DNA of 59,374 bases, counting the filler. It is 5 parts of 5 records of this genome, joined end to end, with 100 filler letters (N's around TTAATTAATTAA, not from the genome) between each part and the next. Parts side by side here need not be neighbours in the genome. Positions count along the whole stretch, not along the records: positions 18,410 to 23,883 come from SRR22947727_3932; positions 23,984 to 53,749 come from SRR22947727_3936; 3 more parts are not named here. One strand, written 5' to 3'. Position numbers and translations under genes: made by a program. Positions 18,410 through 27,860 of this stretch are shown here, piece by piece. Numbering within the stretch: the stretch's first letter is position 1; every line of letters begins with the position of its first letter. The notes beneath the pieces were generated by a model. That model was not told the DNA's origin and did no database searches. It saw only the letters and a program-made list of their open reading frames with translations.

Positions 18410-18625
18410 TTCTTTTAAAATAGGATAAGTACAAGGTTTATAAGCTCCCGCTCTGAAGGCATTTATACCTAATAATTTTATTTCTTTAGCAATATCTACT
18501 ATTTCAGGACCTTCAACAGAACACGGACCTGCTATTTTAGTATACTTCCATTCAAAGTTAATACTTTTATCTATTGAGATATTTAATTTACCCTGATTTT
18601 TTAATGATTTAATGTACTCGTTCAT
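18410..18625 (-). CDS. DAHP synthase I-beta/KDO8P synthase superfamily protein, N-terminal part (contig end)
   Basis: IAGPCSVE and FRAGAYKPCT motifs. Confidence 0.8.
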
Positions 18626-19169
18626 TTATATTCTTTTCAGCATTTAAAAGATCCTGTTCACTATGTATATTAGTGCAATTATCTAATATACTACCCACTC
18701 TTCTGCTCATGTAGCCAGATTTAACATGCTCAGCTTTAGTAATTCTAATAGATCCATTTCTAGAACCATCAGGATTAGTTGTAAATAAATCATCATATTT
18801 ATTTTCTACTGCGTATGTTAACATTTCATCCAAAGGTATAGTTCTATCCGGATGATCAGGTTGTATACCTACAACATGGGTAAAATCACTATTACTTATA
18901 CTATTAAATATTTTTACATATACATCGGCTACTTCACGTTCACCCATATAATCTTTAGTTCTTCCTACCACATCCACACCATGAGATAAAGCTATTGTTG
19001 CTGTATCAGTATCTTCTGTAGTTACAATAATAGAAGTAACTAATTTAGATTTTTTAGCGTAATCAATAGAATGTTCTAGTAGGGTTTTCCCCGCTATAAT
19101 TCTTTTATTTTTACCTACTAATCTTTTTGAATCCCCCTTAGCTGGGATGATTGCTAGTGCTTTTATCAT
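18609..19169 (-). CDS. CMP-ulosonate (NeuA/KdsB-type) cytidylyltransferase
   Basis: AIIPAKGDSKRLVGKNKRIIAGKTLL, IVTTED and NIHSEQDL. Confidence 0.85.
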   Translation of the reverse strand: MIKALAIIPAKGDSKRLVGKNKRIIAGKTLLEHSIDYAKKSKLVTSIIVTTEDTDTATIALSHGVDVVGRTKDYMGEREVADVYVKIFNSISNSDFTHVVGIQPDHPDRTIPLDEMLTYAVENKYDDLFTTNPDGSRNGSIRITKAEHVKSGYMSRRVGSILDNCTNIHSEQDLLNAEKNINERVH

Positions 19170-20092
19170 AATTTATTAATTGACCACTTATAAGCTTTTG
19201 TTTGTCCTTCTATTGTCATTCCACCTGTATGAGGAGTACATATAATATTTTGCCCTCTTCTCATTGCATCTATTATAGGTGAATTAATCCAATCATTGAA
19301 TTCATCTTCTATAACATCAGTTCCATACCCACTCAAATTTCCATTTTCAAGAGCATCTACCACATCCTTTTCATTTACAATCTCCCCACGGGACGTGTTA
19401 ATAAGGTACGAATCATTTTTTACTAGTCCAAGTAATTTTTTATTAATCATATATTTAGTTTCTTCATTTACATGAACATGTAAAGAAACTACATCACATT
19501 TTTTAAATATCTCTTCTAATGATGTTTGCTGAATATCAACATATGGATCAAAAATAAAAGTATTAGCTTCAAAAGCTTTACAGAATCTATCCATCATCTT
19601 TCCCAATCTACCATACCCTATTATACCAATATTTAGATCTTTAATTTGGCGACCCATAAATTTAGTATAATCCCATCCACCACTCTTAACATGAATATTG
19701 CTATCAGGTATCTTTCTTAATAAAGAAAGCATTAAACCAAATGCTAATTCAGACGTAGATGGTAGTTGGTTAATTAATTCATAATCATTTTTGTGACATT
19801 GTATTTTTATATTATGTTTTTTACAATAATCTAAATCAATATGATTTAAACCCGTTGAGCATGAATTAATTAAATTAACTTTAGTATTATTGAGTAAATC
19901 TCCATCTATTTTATAAGATTGTTGATTAGGATTACAAATAATAGTATTAATGTTTTCTTCCATTAGAAGACTTCTAACTTGATCTTTATTAGACGTTTCT
20001 AAGTAAAATACAATACCCTTACTATTTATTAACTCTTTAACACCTTTTAAATGTGATATAGGTGTTATGACTGTTATTCTATGATTACCCAT
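19166..20092 (-). CDS. D-isomer-specific 2-hydroxyacid dehydrogenase (SerA-like)
   Basis: STGLNHID, GIIGYGRLG, SLHVH, INTSRGEIV, TPHTGG. Confidence 0.92.
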   Translation of the reverse strand: MGNHRITVITPISHLKGVKELINSKGIVFYLETSNKDQVRSLLMEENINTIICNPNQQSYKIDGDLLNNTKVNLINSCSTGLNHIDLDYCKKHNIKIQCHKNDYELINQLPSTSELAFGLMLSLLRKIPDSNIHVKSGGWDYTKFMGRQIKDLNIGIIGYGRLGKMMDRFCKAFEANTFIFDPYVDIQQTSLEEIFKKCDVVSLHVHVNEETKYMINKKLLGLVKNDSYLINTSRGEIVNEKDVVDALENGNLSGYGTDVIEDEFNDWINSPIIDAMRRGQNIICTPHTGGMTIEGQTKAYKWSINKL

Positions 20093-20814
20093 TGTGGATT
20101 TTTATGTAAAATTTCTATTCTATTATTTTCCTCTTTACCCTCTTCATATAAATCATATAGTTCTTTTATGGGAAGATTAATATCAATATATTCTTTTTGT
20201 ACAAATATTAAATTCCTTTGAGTTCTAAAAACACATGAATATCCCTTTATCTTACCTAATTTAATTAAAGCCCCCATACTAGCCCCCGTATACCCACATT
20301 TAGTATCTCTCCATGTCCAGTGATTAGGGTCATAATGCATAACTTTATTTTCTTCTAAGGATAATTGAGGGTTAAACTCTATTACCATTATTTTAGGTTT
20401 ATATTCTAATTTTTCCCAAATCCAATAATCTTGTCCATCCACATCTATTACTACTATATCTAAATTTTCAGGAACATTATATTTTTTAAAGATTTCATTA
20501 ACGTTATCTGCATTTATAGCCTCCATTTTAATCATAGGCTGAAATTCTTTACTGCTTTGCTTAAATTTAAGTTCACTAACTTCAAAAAATAAACATTCGC
20601 AATTATGTTTTTTATAAAAAAAATCAATATTAGAGGTACCCGCCCCTCCATTATTAATTTGCCCAGCACCAAATTCTACTGCATACCTAGGTGTTATTTT
20701 AAGGTCATTAAAAATAAAATTAATTATTCTATTTTCCCCATCTTGGGATTTATCCTTAAAGCCCTTTCCTTTTAGTCCAGTTTTATATGCTTCTTTTAAA
20801 TCACGTAGTTTCAT
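20074..20814 (-). CDS. FkbM-like SAM-dependent methyltransferase
   Basis: SQDGE, AVEFGAG, IDVDGQDYWIW, PKIMVIEFN, GASMGALIKLGKIKGY. Confidence 0.7.
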   Translation of the reverse strand: MKLRDLKEAYKTGLKGKGFKDKSQDGENRIINFIFNDLKITPRYAVEFGAGQINNGGAGTSNIDFFYKKHNCECLFFEVSELKFKQSSKEFQPMIKMEAINADNVNEIFKKYNVPENLDIVVIDVDGQDYWIWEKLEYKPKIMVIEFNPQLSLEENKVMHYDPNHWTWRDTKCGYTGASMGALIKLGKIKGYSCVFRTQRNLIFVQKEYIDINLPIKELYDLYEEGKEENNRIEILHKNPQWVIIE

Positions 20815-21356
20815 ATTACTCGTATTTTATTTTTTGTTACTAATTTTTCAATATATTCTTTTTCTTTTTTCCATTCATGTTTGCCAGGTACGTCTGATGC
20901 TCCTTTATTACCCCAGTAATGGTTAGATTTACCAAAATCAAAACCAGCTAAGGTAACATTATCATACAAGTCTAAAAAATATCTTATAGCTAAAAAACCC
21001 GTAGTGGGTTTTGAATCAAATACTCTTTTAAACTGTTTGTAGGTAACTTTAATATCTACAAGTTTAGATATTTGGTTAATTTTACCGTTATCTTTAGCAG
21101 TAGTAAAAACTAATGCTTCAGTTAAACCATTAGTAAATGTTTTAACTTTTTTTAAATTTTTAACTAAATAATCTCTGCCATCTGTAGTTAGGGCATAATT
21201 TAAAACCCAATGAGTGCATTTAGTACCCAAATCTTGCTCAAAATCTACTATCCTAAATCTATTAAACCTTACTACTACATCAAAATTATCTATAGTTAAA
21301 CCATGCTTTTTACCCAGAATATTTGAACTATTACCAATTAAAATACACTTAGCCAT
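20811..21356 (-). CDS. GT29 (sialyltransferase-like) glycosyltransferase
   Basis: Sialylmotif L (CILIGNS..G..IDNFDVVVRFN..DLGTKCT), S (PTTGFLAI..VTLAGFD), III (HYW) and VS (HEWKKE). Confidence 0.8.
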   Translation of the reverse strand: MAKCILIGNSSNILGKKHGLTIDNFDVVVRFNRFRIVDFEQDLGTKCTHWVLNYALTTDGRDYLVKNLKKVKTFTNGLTEALVFTTAKDNGKINQISKLVDIKVTYKQFKRVFDSKPTTGFLAIRYFLDLYDNVTLAGFDFGKSNHYWGNKGASDVPGKHEWKKEKEYIEKLVTKNKIRVI

Positions 21357-21969
21357 GATTATTACTTATGACAATAAAATATCTAACTCCCCTATAACTT
21401 TGCCCTTTATCTTCTATACCATCATTCTTTAAAATATCTACTATATTATATTTTTTAGATATGAAAGATTTATATTCATCTAAAGTTGCCCCAAAAGGAT
21501 CAGCTGCCTGGCTTTTATTATCACAGATAGGACTGTACTCAATTACACATACACCATTTTTACTTAAACATGACATCCAAATGTCTAAACATTCTTCGGG
21601 CTTACATGAATGATCAAATGAATTAGTGTATATAATATCTGTGTTACCTACCCATTCGGGTTTAGTATCATGAAAATCCCACTGAATAGTATGAGGATAA
21701 TCTTTAGCAGTTGGAGATATTTCAGTACCTATAACTTCGGGTTTTAAATTTAGGGCATCATAATAATCTATAAAGTACTGTTGTTCTAAACCCCTTCTTG
21801 TCCCATGACATAATATTAAATTGGGTTCAATATTAAGTTCTTCATAAAGATAATTTATTAGGGAACCTAAAGAATTAGGATCTACATAAGAATTATTAAT
21901 TTTTCTTTTATTAGCCTCTATTTGATTTTCTATATAATTGTTATAATCCTTATATTTAAATAGTTTCAT
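21349..21969 (-). CDS. Putative SAM-dependent methyltransferase
   Basis: LCHGTRRGLE, GTEIS, WDFH, DIIYTNSFDHS..P..WMSCL..GVCVIE class I MTase-like pattern. Confidence 0.6.
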   Translation of the reverse strand: MKLFKYKDYNNYIENQIEANKRKINNSYVDPNSLGSLINYLYEELNIEPNLILCHGTRRGLEQQYFIDYYDALNLKPEVIGTEISPTAKDYPHTIQWDFHDTKPEWVGNTDIIYTNSFDHSCKPEECLDIWMSCLSKNGVCVIEYSPICDNKSQAADPFGATLDEYKSFISKKYNIVDILKNDGIEDKGQSYRGVRYFIVISNNHG

Positions 21970-22667
21970 TTTATTTTCTTTTTGTGTGGGCCAGTTTGAT
22001 AAAAGTATTTATTATTTCTACTATCTCCCTGCAAGTAAGTAAATTTGAAGTCATTTTTCCAAGCTATGTAATTAAAGCTTAATTGATCTCTTTTAGAATT
22101 ATATTTTATTTCCTGCCACCAGTCCTCTAAAACCTTCCTAACTTTTTCACTATTGTGGTTTCTTAATAATATAGAATTTTGAGTTAAACCATTATTTTTA
22201 GGATAACCTTCATCAAGATATCTTTGAACCTGATTGTTCATAGTCACGGGGTTATCCTTATAATTTCCATTATTATTGTGGCCTAATTGAATTATAGCAT
22301 TATATTCTCCATAAATGCAATCCCTAGGGTCTAACATATTTTGATTATGGTCAAATACTAAATAATCATTTAAAATATGTCCCTGTGCTGATGAAATTAT
22401 TTCTCTAACATCAGAGATTATTTTTATATTACCATCTATCCAAATGGAAAAATCATAGTCTTGAAGATACCTATGGGGTAAAATTTTATATTTTTTAGCA
22501 TTTCTATTACTATCAGAATATATGGGAGTGGATTTTACTATGTTCCAAAGATTGGATGTAATATCCATATCTGTAAAACAAATATAATCAACCCCATCCA
22601 TTTTGAATTGATCATCCATTAAATCATCATACCCCCCAAATATAGAAGTATAAACTGCTATTTTCAT
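21966..22667 (-). CDS. DUF616/TOD1-MUCI70-like glycosyltransferase
   Basis: VYTSIFGGYD, YICFTD, KILPH, SIWIDG, RDQLSFNY. Confidence 0.8.
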   Translation of the reverse strand: MKIAVYTSIFGGYDDLMDDQFKMDGVDYICFTDMDITSNLWNIVKSTPIYSDSNRNAKKYKILPHRYLQDYDFSIWIDGNIKIISDVREIISSAQGHILNDYLVFDHNQNMLDPRDCIYGEYNAIIQLGHNNNGNYKDNPVTMNNQVQRYLDEGYPKNNGLTQNSILLRNHNSEKVRKVLEDWWQEIKYNSKRDQLSFNYIAWKNDFKFTYLQGDSRNNKYFYQTGPHKKKIK

Positions 22668-23509
22668 CTTAAATATATTTCTGATTTAATAAAATTGGAA
22701 CCTAATTTACCTCTAGGTACGGTATAAGTGGGGGTATAATTAGCTATAGTATCATTAACCCCCGTTTGATTTCCTATGTTGTATTTAGCCCTGGATTTAA
22801 TGTACATTTGAATTCTAATATCTATATGTCTTAAATCTAAAGCTTTTTTAAATGTAAATTCTACATTGGGACTATTTAACCAATAAAACATAGGTAAATC
22901 AAATTCATCTATTTTACTTTGAATTAATTCCTTGCCCTCATTTTCATATCGATTAGAAATTAAAAGAGTCCCAAATTCACCATCACAATGCTCAGATATA
23001 ATCTTATCTCCTAATCTAATTTCTTCATCAGTCCAGTATATTTCCGGTTCTATATTATCAAAAGAATCAAATTGCCAGAATCTAAGAATCTGCTCTAATA
23101 AAGGAGTATCTTCATCTTGTTTATATATTCTATAATGGTCATTAAAAATATCACCTTCAAAATTATCTATATAACCATCTACATAAGGGTTATTTAAAAA
23201 GATAGTTTTAACAACATTAAAGGGGTTATCCCAAGATGACCAATTAGATTTAAATTCACCAAACATATTTTGCAATAACATAGGGGATGGAAGAAGAACA
23301 GTACAATTAGGATACTTTTGCTTAAGTATTCTAGGAAATGAAGATATAATACCCCAATCTCCCACTCCAAAACAAGTTCTTAAAATAATAAATTTTTGCT
23401 CTTCTAAATAATCATCAGGTATGTAAGATGGATCTTCAATGGGAAACCCCAACTGTTCTACTTCACCTACAGGGTGGGTTTGATTATCATATGTTCTCCA
23501 AAATATCAT
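22664..23509 (-). CDS. Hypothetical protein, GT9 (heptosyltransferase)-like
   Basis: IILRTCFGVGDWGIISSFPRILKQKYPN..NNPYVD and IGNQTG resemble GT9 motifs. Confidence 0.5.
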   Translation of the reverse strand: MIFWRTYDNQTHPVGEVEQLGFPIEDPSYIPDDYLEEQKFIILRTCFGVGDWGIISSFPRILKQKYPNCTVLLPSPMLLQNMFGEFKSNWSSWDNPFNVVKTIFLNNPYVDGYIDNFEGDIFNDHYRIYKQDEDTPLLEQILRFWQFDSFDNIEPEIYWTDEEIRLGDKIISEHCDGEFGTLLISNRYENEGKELIQSKIDEFDLPMFYWLNSPNVEFTFKKALDLRHIDIRIQMYIKSRAKYNIGNQTGVNDTIANYTPTYTVPRGKLGSNFIKSEIYLR

Positions 23510-23883
23510 AGCTTATCGTATAAATCATTTTGTTTTTCTTGTCTTTGGATATCCTTAGGGTGATGTAAAAATAACATACCATATTCGGCACCAGATGGGA
23601 TTGGACTAAATGTTTTAAAACCATCTAGCTTCTCATGTACTTTATTTACCCATTTTATTGACGGGTCATTTTTGTATATCCTCCACTGGTAATCAGGCCA
23701 ATTTATCCTATTCATTTCATCTATGCTCCAACCCCATTTATTGATATGTTCTTCAGTTAGCCCTTCTACTGTATTTTCCCTAGGAACTAAAATTACATCT
23801 ACATCTTGTTTGATTATACTATGTAAAGAATCCATTAAATCCTGAGCTGGTAGTTCATCAGCATCAATTTGGAAAATATAATC
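23506..23883 (-). CDS. GT2-like glycosyltransferase, C-terminal part (5' truncated)
   Basis: The frame extends to the contig end as DYIFQIDADE (DxD motif), followed by PRENTV, PDYQWRIY and KVHE. Confidence 0.75.
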   Translation of the reverse strand, partial: DYIFQIDADELPAQDLMDSLHSIIKQDVDVILVPRENTVEGLTEEHINKWGWSIDEMNRINWPDYQWRIYKNDPSIKWVNKVHEKLDGFKTFSPIPSGAEYGMLFLHHPKDIQRQEKQNDLYDKL

Positions 23884-23983
23884 NNNNNNNNNNNNNNNNN
23901 NNNNNNNNNNNNNNNNNNNNNNNNNNNTTAATTAATTAANNNNNNNNNNNNNNNNNNNNNNNNNNNNNNNNNNNNNNNNNNNN
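23884..23983. other. Artificial contig spacer
   Basis: N44-TTAATTAATTAA-N44. Confidence 0.99.
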
Positions 23984-23985
23984 AG

Positions 23986-24062
23986 TGGCGCACCGGGGAG
24001 GATTCGAACCCCCGACCCCTTGATTCGTAGTCAAGTACTCTATCCAGCTGAGCTACCGGTGC
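23986..24062 (-). tRNA. tRNA-Arg(ACG)
   Basis: GCACCGGTAGCTCAGCTGGATAGAGTACTTGACTACGAATCAAGGGGTCGGGGGTTCGAATCCTCCCCGGTGCGCCA, 77-nt cloverleaf. Confidence 0.97.
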
Positions 24063-24134
24063 CGTGCACGACGCTCTAAGCTAGGGCGCGGCGCTTTGCA
24101 AGGGCCGATTATAACACATGAAGCTTTTTAAGCA

Positions 24135-25526
24135 CTATTCAGCATTATCGAGGGTCAACTTTGGCAATGTAAGCCGGAAACAAGCCCCAGCCCCATTCGC
24201 CTCTAAGTATTCTGCGCTGCCGCCATGTCCACGCATCAGTTCTTGAACGATTGCCAAGCCCAATCCGGATCCCCCCCCTGTCGCCGTACCTCGAAACGGT
24301 TTAAAAAGATGCGCCTTGGCTTTTTCAGGCAAACCCGGACCAGTATCGATAACATCAATGATCCAAAACTGTGGGGTCTGCCAAGCTTTTAAAACGATCG
24401 CGCCGCCCTTCGATTGATCCCCAAGCGCCTGACGCGCATTACGCACAAGATTGCTTAAAGCGCGATGCAATTGCTCAGAATCAGCGCGAATGATCAGATT
24501 TTCAGATATCTCAAACCTCACATCGATCGGCAATTGACCTATCGCCATCAATTCGGTTTCAACCACATCCTGAAGCAATGATGTAAGATCAACCTGCCCC
24601 AGAATTGGCGCGGGTTCACTGGCGCGCCCAAAGCTCAAGGTAGTTTCTGCAAGCGTCACGGCTCGGGCCACATTAGCCTCCAATTTTGGCGCAAGCCGCA
24701 TTACCACAGGGTCTTCGCTTTGCGTCAAACGGTCAGAAATCAACTGCACCGTGGTCAGTATATTCCGCAAATCATGGCTGACTTTCGCAACCGCCTCGCC
24801 AAGCTGTGCCAATCGTTCTTTATGATTCAGCGCGTTGGTCAGATTTTTTTGCATACTCTGCAACGCCTGCTCTGCCGCGCGCAATTCTGCGATTCCAGCC
24901 TTCAGCTTGATAATCCGCTGTGCCTCTTCAGGTGCTGTTTGATAATTCTCAATTTGTGCAATCACGCGGCGGATAGGGGCTACGATCATAAAGCGCGTGG
25001 CCACAAAAAGCAAAAGCGCAGCCGCCACGGACAAAAGCGCTGATAAGATCAGAACGCGCTTACTAAACGCCCACATCGCGTCTCTTAAAGGTCCCGTATT
25101 CAAAGTAACTTCGATCAAACTTCCGGCTTTCAGCTTCGGATTACCGATCACCCGCACCACGTCAAAACCGGGTTTGCTTAATCGGCGAAACGCATCGCGC
25201 ACCAGCGCCGTCCATGCCGGTTGTCTGAGATCAAATGTCTGAGACACGGGCGCGGGCAACTCTGATGCCAAGGCAAGTTGACGCGACGAGTCCCGCCGCA
25301 AAACCACATTATAAACGCCTGCATTTAACAAAAGCTCGCGCTCAAGCTCCGCCGAAATCATATCATCCGCCAGCAAAACCAATGATGCAATCTGCGCCCG
25401 CTCAACGCGGGCCATTAAAAAATCAGACCGAAACCGCGCAATGCTGGGGACAAAAATCAACACTTCTGCCAATAGAACAAACACAGTTGTTAATAAAAAG
25501 AATCGTCCTGATAAAGAATTAAACAT
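24135..25526 (-). CDS. Membrane sensor histidine kinase
   Basis: Two TM segments, H-box SHDLRNIL, N-box NLVRNA, DTGPG and GSGLGL. Confidence 0.93.
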   Translation of the reverse strand: MFNSLSGRFFLLTTVFVLLAEVLIFVPSIARFRSDFLMARVERAQIASLVLLADDMISAELERELLLNAGVYNVVLRRDSSRQLALASELPAPVSQTFDLRQPAWTALVRDAFRRLSKPGFDVVRVIGNPKLKAGSLIEVTLNTGPLRDAMWAFSKRVLILSALLSVAAALLLFVATRFMIVAPIRRVIAQIENYQTAPEEAQRIIKLKAGIAELRAAEQALQSMQKNLTNALNHKERLAQLGEAVAKVSHDLRNILTTVQLISDRLTQSEDPVVMRLAPKLEANVARAVTLAETTLSFGRASEPAPILGQVDLTSLLQDVVETELMAIGQLPIDVRFEISENLIIRADSEQLHRALSNLVRNARQALGDQSKGGAIVLKAWQTPQFWIIDVIDTGPGLPEKAKAHLFKPFRGTATGGGSGLGLAIVQELMRGHGGSAEYLEANGAGACFRLTLPKLTLDNAE

Positions 25527-25794
25527 CCCGCCAAAATGCCCTGAACGCTATCATAATAAAGCCAAAATTAAGCATCGCCTGAACCCAATCATGCCAGATA
25601 CGCTTTTGATAAATATCTGAATACGAATTTGACATTGTAAATAGGTTACGAATAACGCAGGTTTACCAGCGATCACAAACAAAGTTTTGCAAAAAGGCCA
25701 CCGCGGCGTTGCAATAGACGTGTAGGAAAAACACAGCAATGCGCGCAGAGGCTCGTAAAAACGCCGAGAAACCAATTTTCAGCATAACAACAGT

Positions 25795-25823
25795 TTGACA
25801 TATCAGTTAAGCGCCCGTATAGG
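25795..25823 (+). promoter_or_regulatory. Promoter of the rpmH-rnpA operon
   Basis: TTGACA-N17-TATAGG. Confidence 0.6.
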
Positions 25824-25879
25824 CGGGGTTTATATTTTTAAAGATGCAGCTGGCATCTGGCAGATACGGAGTCATTGCG

Positions 25880-26014
25880 ATGAAACGCACTTTTCAACCT
25901 TCTAATCTCGTGCGCAAGCGGCGTCACGGATTTCGCGCGCGCATGGCAACAAAAGCAGGCCGTAAAATTTTGAACGCGCGCCGCGCGCGCGGACGCAAAG
26001 AGCTAAGCGCTTAA
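25880..26014 (+). CDS. rpmH: 50S ribosomal protein L34 (not in the ORF track)
   Basis: [44 protein letters not shown]. Confidence 0.98.
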   Translation: MKRTFQPSNLVRKRRHGFRARMATKAGRKILNARRARGRKELSA

Positions 26015-26056
26015 CCAGCCTTTTGACTGGCCTGCCCATCGATATGGGGGATTAAG

Positions 26057-26476
26057 ATGTATGGTAAAACCGCGTCTTCATCGCAGGCTATGGCACCTCT
26101 CGTAGATCCAAAAACCGCTCTTGCCGCGCCATTGGGAAAATTGCGCGTGCGAGCCGATTATCTTGCCGCGGCGAAGGCGAAGCGCGTTTCAACCACCGGG
26201 TTTGTTTTACAAGCACGTAAGCGCGTGGAAGCAAGCGCGCACCAGCCGCGCTATGGAATCACTTGCTCGAAAAAGGTGGGCAACGCTGTTGCGCGCAATC
26301 GGGCCAAACGTCGGCTGCGGGCCCTCGCGAACAGCGTGCTTCCGCTCCTAGGCCGTGACGGTTGGGATTATGTTTTAATTGGCCGTGCGCAAGCCACCGT
26401 AAACCAACCGTTTGATATACTGCTTGAAAACTTGCGCTTTGCGTTAAAGAAGCTGCATCAGGGCGAAACCCGATGA
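26057..26476 (+). CDS. rnpA: RNase P protein component
   Basis: GITCSKKVGNAVARNRAKRRLR; follows rpmH. Confidence 0.95.
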   Translation: MYGKTASSSQAMAPLVDPKTALAAPLGKLRVRADYLAAAKAKRVSTTGFVLQARKRVEASAHQPRYGITCSKKVGNAVARNRAKRRLRALANSVLPLLGRDGWDYVLIGRAQATVNQPFDILLENLRFALKKLHQGETR

Positions 26477-26700
26477 CGTTATTGGCCCGGATATTGGCGT
26501 TGCCGATAAAAGGCTATCGATTGATTTTCTCGGCTTGGGTTGGGCGCAGTTGCCGCTTTGATCCCACCTGTAGCGCCTATGCGCTGACCGCTTTGGAACG
26601 TCATGGCGCGCTTAAAGGCAGCTGGCTCACAGTGCGCCGCATCCTGCGCTGCCATCCTTGGGGCCAGCATGGCGTTGATGATGTGCCAGACGCGAAATAA
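26473..26700 (+). CDS. yidD: Membrane protein insertion efficiency factor
   Basis: CRFDPTCSAYA..HG..KG..RILRCHPWG. Confidence 0.95.
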   Translation: MTLLARILALPIKGYRLIFSAWVGRSCRFDPTCSAYALTALERHGALKGSWLTVRRILRCHPWGQHGVDDVPDAK

Positions 26701-26788
26701 CATGAGAGGTAGCAAAAATTTGTCTCTTCTGCATGCCGTCTTCTCTACACGGCTTGCCCCAGCGGTTTCAAACGTCTAAAGCCCAATC

Positions 26789-27613
26789 ATGCTTGATGAA
26801 AACAGTGATATACACCCGCTTTTTGAAGGTGCTCCGAACACCACAGAGTTCAAAAAGCTTCGCAAACGGATCATTCGCAACACCCGCGAAGCTATAGAGC
26901 AATACGGTATGGTCGAGCGCGGCGCGCGCTGGCTTATTTGCCTATCCGGGGGCAAAGACAGCTACACGCTGCTGGCTGCGCTTTATGAGTTGAAATGGCG
27001 CGGCCTTCTTCCCGTTGACTTGCTGGCCTGCAATTTGGATCAAGGGCAACCGGGGTTTCCCCAAACCGTGCTTCCCGCGTTTCTAGAAAAAATGCAAGTG
27101 CCGCATAGAATTGAATATCAGGATACGTATTCAATTGTGAAAGATAAAATCCCCGAGGGGCGCACATTTTGTGCCTTATGCTCGCGCTTACGGCGGGGCA
27201 ATCTTTACCGCATTGCACGCGAAGAAAATTGTAGCGCGATTGTGCTGGGCCATCACCGAGATGATATTCTGGAAACCTTTTTTATGAACCTCTTCCATGG
27301 CGGCCGCTTGGCGTCCATGCCTGCGAAGCTTTTGAACGAAGAGGGGGATCTATTGCTGTATCGCCCCCTCGCTCATGTGGCAGAAGCCGATTGCGAGAAA
27401 TTTGCCAAAGCCATGCACTACCCGATTATCCCTTGTGATTTATGCGGCTCGCAAGACGGGCTTCAGCGCCAACAAGTGAAACAGATTTTGGATGGCTGGG
27501 AACGCAACAGCCCGGGCCGACGGCAGGTGATGTTCCGCGCCTTAATGAATGCCAGACCTTCACATTTGCTGGATCCCAAACTGTTCGATTTCGCCGGATT
27601 AACCGTTAAATAG
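26789..27613 (+). CDS. ttcA: tRNA 2-thiocytidine biosynthesis protein
   Basis: SGGKDS PP-loop, [21 protein letters not shown]. Confidence 0.96.
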   Translation: MLDENSDIHPLFEGAPNTTEFKKLRKRIIRNTREAIEQYGMVERGARWLICLSGGKDSYTLLAALYELKWRGLLPVDLLACNLDQGQPGFPQTVLPAFLEKMQVPHRIEYQDTYSIVKDKIPEGRTFCALCSRLRRGNLYRIAREENCSAIVLGHHRDDILETFFMNLFHGGRLASMPAKLLNEEGDLLLYRPLAHVAEADCEKFAKAMHYPIIPCDLCGSQDGLQRQQVKQILDGWERNSPGRRQVMFRALMNARPSHLLDPKLFDFAGLTVK

Positions 27614-27860
27614 ATCGGTACTGGCCGAACAAACCCCTTTAAAATCTATCGCAGGTTGGCGGTTTGATGCCAGATGCGATGAAGCCGGCAGTGGCTCCGC
27701 GCTTCAAACAGGCCGCACAACGCAGCTGGCCAAATCTTTCCACTGCGCTGCAAACGCCCTTTAAACGGGTTTAATTATAGAAAATGGGGCTTACACCCTT
27801 GACCTTTTGCCCCGTACTCTGTTGAACCCAGCAGAGGAATTTCTATCGGGAAAATATGTT

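Noticed and set aside
25551-25775. 74-aa ORF between the kinase and rpmH
   Set aside because: No recognisable motif or RBS; it lies in a divergent promoter region.
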